A stretch of DNA of 64,000 bases from Ptychomitrium polyphyllum (Eukaryota): the NCBI GenBank assembly GCA_973851085.1, contig OZ316775.1, positions 8,928,001 to 8,992,000 of the forward strand. Direction: 5' to 3'. The notes beneath the pieces are model-generated. The model did no database searches. It was not told the DNA's origin and saw nothing but the letters and a program-made list of their open reading frames with translations. A program made the translations under genes and the position numbers. This document shows positions 29,270 to 40,332 of this stretch, in pieces; position 1 is the stretch's first letter, and each line of letters begins with the position of its first letter.

Positions 29270-30700
29270 ACAACGAACCCCGACATAATGTGGTGGTCTC
29301 GAGAGCCTAAAGCTACCTCATTGTCTATGTTCCACATGGCACCGCCGCATGTCCCCGGCAGAACATCACTTGCCCCATTACCGAAACATAATATGTTAAT
29401 GTATACATGATTAAAATCAGGATTCCAGGGATCATCAGCATCGACCAAATTAACGCCTCTCCATCCCAATATTCCTTCTCACCTTCCGGTACAAGGACTG
29501 TCACCAATGTTTAAACCTTCGGAGTTAACCAAGCCTCCCAGTTTGGTACCATCTAACCTCTTGTCCATCTTCCAGTTCAGTTAGACCAAAATCTTCAGAG
29601 TCTCTTTTGTGTCATTTTGACCTCAGTAATTGATACCATACTGAATGTGTCATACCCACCTTAGTTGATGTCATCGCGATATCAAAATGACGTCAAAAAT
29701 GACGTCAAAATGACAAAGATTCAAATGCTTTAAAAATTGACATCAATTTTTCTTCAGTTAAAATGATGTCTAAACACATCAAAAATGACATAGGTTGAAA
29801 TGACATCAAGAATGACATATTGTGTGATTTAACATCATTTTGGCATCATTTTAACTTGTGTCATTTTGATATCGCATCAACATCAAAACATCAATATAAT
29901 GACATTTCAAGTCACAATTATAGTCTCCAAGTTTAACGATGATTAAAGCCACGAAACATTTTCCTGTTATCAACCTCCACATGGCCAATTGAAGTATCTT
30001 CCATCAAGTACCTTGGGTGATGGATCCCTTCCTCTCCATCCACAACACCATGCGCTGCAATTGTGAACAGACGTTTCCCATCAAGCCCTAGCAATGGGAT
30101 TGTAGATATGGTACCGACCCCTCCTCTAGATTCCTGAAGAACGCCCGGCCTAAGTGTGGGCTTGAAAGATGTATCATCCATACTCTGCTCATCAGGTATA
30201 ATTGATCACTGTGCAAGTTCCCCAAATTCTAAATACACTTCCCACATCGAGAATCCACACATAGTCTCAGAAAGATTTTTTCCATCTGCAACTGAAATCA
30301 CCTCAGCATACCACCTCACACCACACCATCCAGATTATTTTAAGCCTGCACACTTCCACCAATGTTCCTACAATTTCTTGAAGAATAGCATTTGACGGAT
30401 TCTCTTAAGGTTTCAACCGCTCATCAGTGCCCTTCATCATCAGCGCAAGCCTCTCTCTTTCTGCATAAGTCGGTGGATGAGGATGTTCTGAAGTGGCATA
30501 GAAATGAGGAAGGCTTCCTACTGTAAGTGGCCAAGGCTTCATTGGTTGCATTGCCCATGAAACCTCCAATTATGGTGATCCAAAAGATACGCCTTTGCAC
30601 CCCAGAAAGTAAGACAACATTTTTGACATGTAGGCATGTGTGAGCTCTGGATGTCCATCAACCACCTGAAATGGAGAGCCGGTAAGAAATGTTTTGGCAA
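29270..30700 (-). pseudogene. Decayed gene for a chymotrypsin/trypsin-fold protease-like protein with Cys at the nucleophile position (fungal-like)
   Basis: Stitched minus-strand frames: MKPWPLTVGSLP (~30540-30508), GWCGVRWY, DDTSFKPTLRPGV, FTIAAHG (~30066-30048), IGHVE, [insertion], SEDFGL (~29599-29582), GDSPCTGR*EG, FGNGASDVLPGTCGGAMWNIDNEV (~29390-29310). Stops at 30570-72, 30405-07, 30206-08, 29479-81, plus frameshifts. Confidence 0.65.
29605..29921. mobile_element. Small non-autonomous insertion (MITE/foldback-like) inside the protease pseudogene
   Basis: Flanked by direct repeat AGTCTC (29599-29604 and 29922-29927). Internal inverted repeat GCGATATCAAAATGAC (~29677) / GTCATTTTGATATCGC (~29860) and many AAAATGAC(A/G)TC sub-repeats. 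Confidence 0.55.
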
Positions 30701-32514
30701 TTCTTTAGGCACTTGTACCAAATGCTTTCTCAAGGCATCAGATAGAAAACAAAGAGGGCTTGCATGCAAATCGTAGTGCTGGTTCCTTGACCAAATTGGT
30801 GTTGCACATAGTGGAGAAGGAGTTACAGTCCTTTGAACAATGGATGAACTTTCGTACTCCCGACATCTAGATAGTTGTAGTTGTTGGCGCTCCTTAAAAC
30901 ACCGATAGGAGGTATGTACAACATACATAAATTCTTACAGATATTACAGAAACTAGTTTGAGCCTCAAATGTAAAAGATGAATATCAAATTCACACTGCT
31001 AAGTTCACAACCCATCGAAACTGAAAGCTCCTCAACTCTAGCATTGACGCAAAGCACCTATGGACCATCATGACGAGGATCCTCGCTATAACGGCTACAA
31101 ATGGAAAAGGGAGATAGCAAGTTCACACTCCTAACATCTACAGCGTGCTCAAGAGATGATTGTTTACCAGGTCTAGCTTAAAAACCAACTTCTGTTTCAA
31201 TCCTACCGCATGCCAACACTTACACTTACCCTTGAGCGCCACAAGGTTCTCAGCTGCTTAAGGATCCTAGATGAGCCAACACCCGCATGTAAAAATATAA
31301 GGTTCAAGTTCCACAAGTTCCACAAGTAATCAGTAACAACTGAAAAAGGGAAAGAACTCAAAGAGAGAAATTTAACAATAAAAAATTACTCTACAGTCAA
31401 CAGGGCTTAACCTTATTGGCTCCGCAGAATATCACAGAGATCAACTATACAGCTATAAAAGTATCACAGGAAACAATTATGTAACGTAAAACCATCACAA
31501 AAAACACCTATACAACGTACGTTTTACCGCACTACAGCTGGGTCCATAAACAACCAAATCCTCTCTCTACCACCATTTCAACCAAAATCCTCCTCATGAT
31601 CTCACCACCTCTTGGTCAGAGCTTGAACTTCTCATATTAATGCTCCGTAACAGGCGACGATCAACAACCGACAACCTCATAAGTAACTCAGCAAACTAAA
31701 ACTGCAGATAGAACAAAGCTAACTTACACAGAGAAAGCAGGTCAACGACAGAGAACAAGAGCCTCGCTGCACTGCTGCAGAGACTACCGATTTATAAGAA
31801 CAAGAGCAACGCCCAAAAGAAAGAGCAAATCCCAGCCTAAGTCCGCCCCAAACCAAAATTCATTGACATTACAGATACTGGTTTTGAACCTACCTACCAC
31901 TAAAGACATAGTTTCTACACAAGATACAAGAAAACCTGCTTCACGGTATAGCATCCCACCTAAACTCACACATCAAATCCATCAGACTATGCTCACCATC
32001 AACATCATCGTCACGATCACCAGTTTACCATACAACATAATCATCGTATCTCCAAATTTCTCGGAGTTTCAGCCACTGATAAGTACCTAGGTCGTAAGAG
32101 AACTCCATCAAAAATTCCCTCACAAATACCGTCAGAGATTGGTTGCACAGGAATTGTTGGTGCCTTCCTAGCATGCCTCTTCGTCACATTCATTATGGTC
32201 AGTTCTACCCTCATGAAAAAGAATTCTAAATCACTACGATTTCCAATTGTCGTGAAAAGTGCAAGTCCGTGCCAAGCTTGCAGTGCAGGGACCTTGTTCC
32301 TATGAACGGACCTCGTGCACTACTGCTCTGTCAACTCCAGGGCAATCTCCTCGTGACTATAACACCTCTACTTCATTCAAGATACCACTCTCTGTCTATG
32401 CTGATTGTTAACCAAAATTGTGTTGCAAACAAGTGTGTACACACTCTGTACCAACTCCGGAGACAAAGACAAGTGATCGCACAATACTACTGTGAACTGT
32501 TCGCCTTCGCAGAT

Positions 32515-35259
32515 TTACATCTGTAATCGAAGAAGTAAATCACCATCCACGAGCTTCTCAGGAGATCCTGATTCAAGGACCTGCACTCATTGTAGAAGGC
32601 GTCAGCGAGACAATCTCACCCTCGTCCTCCGACACTCCATTAGCGACTGCATCGAGGTTCCAAGAGTAATTACCTCGAACCCCTTTTTCAAGTACAACCT
32701 GTACGCTGGATTGTTCGTAGCATGTGTGTGAACATAAATGGCGTTTAGCCCTGCACAGGCACAGAGGAACTGATTAATAGCCACAATACGTGAAACCATT
32801 GGCGGCATGTCCTGCCACAGTTCTTGGTTGGTTCATGCTCAAAGAAACTCATGCTGTGCAACCTCAAAAACAGATCGGATCGCAGACAGTACAGTGCGCA
32901 ACACCGTCGTCACAGCAGGAATGTGGTCATTGAAGGCTCCACGAAAACCGCCACTCACTTCGACAATACTGTGATCGCCTCATACGATCCACAACAGAGT
33001 ACATGTTCGTGTAAGAGATGCAGGAAGTAACTCTTACCCCAGCTTCGCCCGACCTGCACTGCACATTCCATCAATGTTGATGCAATTCCCCGTTTCCGTG
33101 AAGCCTTATCCACGCACACATTGGCGATGTACCCGTAAGGGAGCCCTTGCTGCAACAGAAGAGATGCGCATCAACAACTGCATCGTACAGCACAAGATTG
33201 ACAACACAGAAAACGCTACGGTGGGAGAAACATGCCGGTCCTGCACATACCCCTCCGAAAGCCTCACCCGGAGATGGATGATGAAGGCTAACATCAAGCG
33301 TTCCGAGCACTCTTGCCCCCTTTCCACCATCTTGCCAGCTCAAGTCAACTGCATCTTTTGGCAACACCTTCGAGACCTGAATGACAGACCAGACATGGAT
33401 GACCTCAGTCTGGAGCTACACGCAGGTTCAGCAGCTTGAACTACATCGTCGAAACATCGTAGAGATACGCACGGTGACGATCCAGCCAGCCTTCCAAGGT
33501 CAAGTTTCCATGTGTGTTGGCAAAACGAATCAAAACCAGGAGAAAAATCCTCCCTGACGAGAAATAACCAGCCAATGCACCAAGCGAAGTCTCGGCAAAT
33601 TGCTCAGGGTTCATGAAAAGTCTCATCAGTAACTGCTGCTAAAGAATGTGACCGCTGTATTAACTGCGACGAATGCTCAAGTACAGGAGATAATTGCCTA
33701 TCAATAAATACATCAAATGAATATGGCCGACATACCGCTACAAGGCAAACGTATGAACCGGGCTGGCCAGAGATACGCCGTTTCAGTGCTGTGAATTCCT
33801 GTCGCAGATTCGGCCAGAAAACAGCAATCAAAATCTGCTAGTATGTGACCTAGCAACATGACAGCACCCTAAGAAAAACTATGCATGCAAATAAGCAAGA
33901 TACCGTACCTGCTCTGCAAACTTCGTCTTGAAGCTGTCAACGTACCTGACACACACTCAGGAAAACGTGTCAATAACACCAGATCTACACACAAGATGAG
34001 TGCAAAGGAAGAGAAGTTCCTGTTGTTTTATGAGTTCAGAAACTTGAATGTTTATGCTGTATCATTGTCGTCTTTAAACCTCATGAGCAGGATTGTCTCT
34101 ATGGTTTTGTAAATGTAAGCACAACTAGACTTTTTTCTTTGTAATTGCAAATTCTGTGACAACCTCGTCATTTCAATACGCCCTAGTTCATGTGCCTTCT
34201 TGTGGTGAATGCAGTCTGCCAAACCAGGGAATACTTTATCAAATTCCCCTGTCACACTCTAACCAGAGAGAGTCATTGCTGACCTTGTGTACGCTTGCTG
34301 CTCAGAATACGCCTCCGCACGCAACCAAGCTGCACCCTTCAAAAGTAAAAACAGTCGCAAACCACATCAGCAGTAATCAGGATTTTGCTAGAAACGCTGA
34401 GAAGTTATTAGCTTGATCAAACGAAGAGATCACGGAGACTAGAGACAAATCCAAGAAAGGCTTACAGCAGGATTTCTTGATAAACGTCAGAGAAAAACCC
34501 ACATTGTGAAATAGAATTATTGGACAGTGAAATTGATCATGATCACTTTCTAATGCGTAAGCAGACTCCCAAACTGACATTGCAATAAAAAATCAATGAA
34601 CTGAATGCAACTGCCAATTTGGAATGCTCTGTAATATCCAATGGACATCTAATGGCGATAATTGAGATGACAATCGTTACCTTCAACTCGTGTTCCACTC
34701 GTGCTTCATGTATGTCAAAGTGGTCATACACTGCCAAGAAGTGATTCTGAAGGTTTAGCAACTCATTGTCAGAATCCAACGAGTCCAAGCAGACAAAGAC
34801 ATTGGGCAGTATTTGCCTCGCACCCCCATCACCACGTATCCTTAACCCACTGGTTCTTCTGCAAAAAGGAGCATCACAGCTTTCCTATCAATTGCCCAAA
34901 CTGCACTCGGCCATGTCCTCAAACTTTGAATCATTCTAGTGCGAAAACATCTATTGTCCATTGAACAACATTACACAGATCGTTCTACAACAGTTCCATC
35001 CAAACCACAAACCAAACCCAGAGCTTCACAACAACTCCATTCAAACTACAAAATAGATTCACACAGCATCTAGAGAGATGTTTACCCACCTGTCGAAACT
35101 CTTCCGCAAAGATATAGTGTAAGAGCAAAAGTTCCAACTGTGGCTCGTTCTACTCGTGTCTTGTGCGATGGCTCTCCAAGCAGGCCGATTCAAACCTGAC
35201 GCTGGCACCGATACCAACCCCTCTGTAGAACTCCCGGCTAGCCTAGAAGCACCCTCCAT
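32515..35259 (-). CDS. Plastid GNAT-family N-acetyltransferase (GNAT7/At4g28030-like)
   Basis: Exons 35259-35090, 34858-34681, 34336-34284, 33945-33909, 33798-33736, 33376-33251, 33149-33038, 32750-32674, 32580-32515. They give AAWLRAE..RYVDSFKTKFAEQEFTALKRR..GTLDVS..YGYIANVCVDKASRKRGIA (Ac-CoA motif A)..YVHTHATNNPAYRLYLKKGF. Start codon is less certain. Confidence 0.88.
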
Positions 35260-35674
35260 AGCCTTATCCTGAAAACTAGCATATGCTTAAAGCTGCTTCA
35301 CATGCTCTCATGCTAGCGCAGAAAAGTCCATCTCCAGTTCCTCACTGCACAATGCTCATTGCTTTCCTAGTGACAACAACCAGCCAGTGATCCTCAACTG
35401 CATAAATTCTTCATCATTCTACAGAAGCGCTTCGTCCTGGTTGAACGTCGACACAAACTGATTGCACAAACTGTTATTCCTTCTGTACTTGGAAGAGGAA
35501 AATCCTGGCTAGTTTTGTAAAACTGGTGACTTGATTCCCGGAATGAAATCCATGAATCTGTCAGTCCTAGGTTTCTGTACAGATACACAAACCTTGTAGC
35601 GTGGTCATGTCCGTCCATCCGCACTTATGAACCTACTTTTACTTTACTTTTAACTTTTCCAGTTTCAAACTTTT

Positions 35675-35692
35675 TATATATATATATATATA
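35675..35692. repeat. (TA)n microsatellite
   Basis: Perfect TA run; a second one lies at 36832-36853. Confidence 0.9.
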
Positions 35693-38176
35693 TTTTTTTT
35701 AATTTCTTATTGCTTCTTTTTACTTTTTCTCTTTTACAATTCTATAGAAACTTGCATTAATACTATCACATCAAAATTGTGGTAGCGGCCATACTTGCTC
35801 TTTTTTGTCAAGGCAATGTTTTAAAAAAGCACATTCATCTTAGAAGCTAACAATATGGTGATGATGTTCATTCCTTAATGCCTAGGTGCCTATTTAGCCC
35901 ATAGTGGCCATTTTTATATTATATTAAAGCAATATAAATTAATACAAAATTAATTTTTAGAGATTTGTAAAAATTGGTTTGTATATTTATGAAAGAAGAA
36001 AATAAATTATTTAACATAATAATGCCTTGCAGTTTATATACAAGGTGAAGGTTTTCCAAAAAAAGAAATAATAAATTAAGCCAAAAATTTCATAGTATAT
36101 AAAAAAATGCCTATTTTTAAGAAGCCATATAATTAATTGGATAAAAAAAAAACCATTGGTTTTATTTTTGGTACCATGTTTTTTTGCCCATTGCTTCTTT
36201 CTATCTAAGATTTGTTCCTTGTATTATAGACTTGCATCTACTTCATTACAAAAAAATTAATTATTTAGACACTCTTACTATGAAATCTAGCATTTCAAAT
36301 TCCATCATTTAAATTTTAAGTAGTACATTTTTGCAATGTTTGTATTCAACACATATTATAATCTTAGTAGTAGCTATTTTGATTTTGATAACTTTACTTG
36401 AGAAAGCACACAATTAAGTTTTCTTATAAGAACATAAGGTTACTCCATAGAAATTTGCAATAATTTATGATTTCTATGTGGAATATGAGAATCAAACATG
36501 ACTTTTTTATGGTTAAAAAAAACAAATGTAGTTAGAAGTTGATATGGATACATGATTATTGATTAAATATTGTATGAAGTGGACATTCTCAAAAAATTAG
36601 AAAATTATATAAGAATAGATGTAAAGCCATATTTTTTTTTAAATTTCAAAATATGTAATCTATTATAGTAGTTGATACTTGTTTGAAACTCATTTATATA
36701 TAGCATTAAGTAATATTGAAAAATCAAAGGAATATATTTTAAATATTTATAAAACATACTATAAACAATTTTTTCACTAAATTGCAAACAATTTTAATTT
36801 GTTTATAATCTTTAAAAATACCATGTAATTTTATATATATATATATATATATATTTAGAAATACAATGAATGGCCTCCAATTTCAACACTTTTTATAAAT
36901 ATTAGTATCATTTGAATAGCATCTTAATATAAAAAAAAGCAAAAATTGTTAAAATTAAATTTGAAATGGTTTTTATTCATTATACACATTTTTTCATGCA
37001 AATCTAGCTTGTATTTAGATTATTTAAAAAAGGTACAAATATTAAACAAGTTATTATAAATATTTCAATTTCAACTAAGTACATTGATAAGTAATAAGAA
37101 TTAAACTTACATTATTTTAAGAAATGAAATTCAATAACAATGAAATTATTGACAATAAAAGATTAAATTCCTTATATTTATGATTATTAATTCTTAAGAT
37201 TCTTTTCAAGAATTAATTGAATTTATGCAATTTTCTTTTTTATAAATAATTTTATTGTTAATTTTATTTTTGAATTTTATAAATGCATGTAAATTTTATA
37301 AGTTGATGGATGTATAATAATGATTTATGGATGGCATTAAGCAAGATGATTACATCAAATTTATTTGATGTAAGGAGAGTGAAGTAAATATACAATAATA
37401 TCATATATTTCATCATAATATATCTATTAGGATTAATTCAATAAAAATCTTATAAGTGCATTTAATACAAAAATTAATGTATTATTATATCTTTAATATA
37501 ATGGCATTAAAAGCAAGTTTTTATACAATTGGTCATATTTTAAAATTTCTACTCTACAAAATCTACATAATTATATTATAATCTAAGAAGATTACAAAAA
37601 CAATTTCCAAAACTTTCATCTTTTTTAATTCAAGAATCACTTAATTTAAAGATCTAAAACTTATTTCTGTAAGCTTTTTTTGTCAAAGTTTTATAAGCAT
37701 ATCAAATTTTATAATTGTATTTATTATAGTTTCTTAGAATTAATATATAAAAAATGACAAATTAACAAATAAAATGGAACCATAAGGTCTTTTTTTTATA
37801 TTATGTTAACCTTTCAAGGAACTTTGTCTATTAAAAATTTGCCCATTATATCTACAAAAGTTGATTCAATCATATAAATAGTGCCTTAAATCACCATTTT
37901 ATAAATGTAGAAATTACCATTGAGCAAAATATTGATGAACATTGCATTAGCATTTGTGTCTCTATACTCCTTGAGCTAATTCTTCATATGTATTTTTTTG
38001 TGAAGCAAACATTAATGTCCACTTTTTCTCTTATAGACAAGTTATTAGACTTATTTTTTATGTGCATTGATTGTCATGCATCACTTGTTTGGATTGTCAT
38101 ATACAACATGTATGACAAATCCACTAAATTGTTATGCTATGAAACAACATTTATGCAATTATTCCTATTAACTTAA

Positions 38177-38628
38177 TGTCACGGACATACATATATTAGA
38201 AGCATCTTAAAAGGTTCTTAAAAGATTTAGAAAGCTTCCAAGGAAGTTACCTTGGATTTAAGAAGCTTCCAAAGAAGTTGCCTTGGCTGAGGGAGCTTCC
38301 AAAGAAGTTGCCTTGGCTGAGGGAGCTTCCAAAGAAGTTGCCTTGGCTGAGGAAGCTTCCAAAGAAGCAACTCAAGGTTGCTTGAGTACAAAGCAATGTA
38401 GGTGAAGCTTCTCAAGAAGCTTCCAAGGCTTCTTGTTCTAGTATATACAAGAGTCGAGGCTGAAAAACTCTTCAGTCTCAACAATGTATCTCTTGTGGTC
38501 TACTTTAGACCTTCTAGCCTTGTCTTCTGTACCTTGTTGTAGCTCTTTATCTCTAATATACTTGGTCTTATCTTGTTCCACATCCTGGAACTTTGGAGCC
38601 TTGTCTTGTGATTACTCTGTTTGTAACA
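38177..38628 (+). repeat. 5' LTR of element A
   Basis: TG...CA termini, homologous to 49075-49498, TATA-like TATATA at 38442. Confidence 0.9.
38261..38367. repeat. 30-bp tandem repeat (~3.5 copies) inside the 5' LTR of element A
   Basis: Unit GGGAGCTTCCAAAGAAGTTGCCTTGGCTGA; copies nearly identical. Confidence 0.95.
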
Positions 38629-38822
38629 ATTTGTTGAGATTGTCATATAAGAATATTAGAGCTTGGTCTTTTTTGATAGAGAGCGAATCACCCTTCTTTA
38701 TCAAAAGCACTATAGCACTCTAGGAGTTGCAGATTACCCTCCTCTAGACTGATATTTCTTCTTCAATTGTCTTTGGTTTCTTGTATAGTTAGTAGGTTTT
38801 TATCTATTCCCACTTCATTTCT

Positions 38823-40330
38823 ATGCTAGGGAATAAAGAAGTCAATATGATTGATTCAAAAGAAACGAAGTTAGATTCCATTATCAATGCCCTTGAAGCA
38901 TTGAGGATCAAGACCGAGACTTTATCCAAACAAAACAAAGAACTATATTTGATCATATACAATAGTCAAGGAACAAAAACACCGCAGTTGCTATATCAAG
39001 TCAACTTAGGTGCTTCATCATTTAGACTTGATTTGGTAGATGACGCACAAATTCAAGCTAGGAATTCAATGTCAACAACCAAAGAACCAAGAATCAGCCT
39101 TCCGAAGAAGTTTTATGATAAGCGTTCAAGATTTCGAGGCTTTGTAAACCAAGTTCAATTTGTTACCTTGCTTCAACCTAAGCGGTATCCTATGGACGCT
39201 TCGGGTGTTAGTTTGATAGAAACGTTGCTCTCAGGACAAGCATTGTTTTGGTTTGCACCACTTTTAGAGAAAAATTCATCCATATTTAGCAACTTTGATG
39301 CATTCTTAGCTGCATTTGCAGAAGCATTTGGTGACCATGACAAGCTTCGTCTTGCAACTAATAAGATTTGTGCCTTGTGCTAAAGGCCACATTCTATGTC
39401 AATTTATGCATCAAAATTTTGACAACTTGCATGTGACATTACTTGGAGAGAAAAAACGCTGATGAGTCAATTTTATTGGAGCGTATGCAACAAAGTTAAG
39501 GATTTATTGCTATCCATGCGAGACCTCCAAATACTTGATGAGGCCATCCGCTAAGCTTTGAAGTGCAATAATTGTCTATTTCAATGTTGACAAGATAAAC
39601 AGACTTTGATTACGCCTCGGCCATATATTAACTTTTTAGTAGCTACAACCCCGTCTACTTCTAATAAGTAATTGGAAGCGGAAGCCATGCAGATTGATGC
39701 GGTTTGCTTCAATTTCCTTACCGAACATGAGAAGAAACAACGAAGGAAGCAAGGGTTGTGTTTGTATTGTGGAAAATTTGGCCACAAGCTTGATAACTAC
39801 TCAAACAAACCTCCACGTACATATTGGATGAAAGATACAACCACCATGCTAAATGCTTTGCAGGAAAACAAGGACGTCCAACCACAGTAGGCACCATGCG
39901 GCTAGATCTGCTTCTTTTGCAAGAAAACAGAGGTCATATTCTATCAACCCATCCTTCTTCTTGTTTTACTATACCTGTTTGTTTAGGCGTTCAAAAACTC
40001 AAAAGCCTTGCTCTAATAGATTCAAGAACCTTTGCATGCTTTATTGACAAAGAATTTATGAAAATCTATAACTTTCTTTTTACTACAAAATCCAAACCTA
40101 TCCATGTAAAAGCCCTAGATGGTCGACAGTTATCTTCCGGAGAAGTTATTCATTAGACCAATCCATTAACAGTAACATTGGACAACTATAATAGTCAAGT
40201 GATATTTAATGTCATTAGATCTCCGTCAAGTCCAATCATTCTAGGACTTTCTTAGTTTGAAAAGTACAACCCCAGATAGATTGGGCATTTCCCAAAGTAA
40301 AATCTCCATCATTAGACCCTGTAACTACTA
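38823..40330 (+). pseudogene. gag and aspartic protease of element A
   Basis: EPRISLPKKFYDKRSRFRGFVNQ...LLSGQALFWF (Ty3 capsid-like), MQIDA..RRKQGLCLYCGKFGH (zinc knuckle), ALIDSRTFACFID (protease; DSG decayed). Confidence 0.85.
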
Positions 40331-40332
40331 AG

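Noticed and set aside
28950..29310. Overlapping 107-aa and 109-aa ORFs on opposite strands
   Set aside because: Non-ATG starts and no recognisable motifs; not assignable beyond the tail of the protease relic.
38261..38367. 30-bp repeat array as a CRISPR array
   Set aside because: Units are contiguous with no unique spacers and lie inside a plant LTR; no cas genes.
38227..38484. 85-aa ORF with LLWKLPQPRQ repeats
   Set aside because: Antisense translation of the LTR tandem repeat.
38651..38662. GAATATTAGAGC as a decayed tRNA-iMet PBS (TGGTATCAGAGC)
   Set aside because: It lies 22 nt from the TSD-defined LTR end, has 4 mismatches, and instead pairs with 38551-38559 in the LTR.
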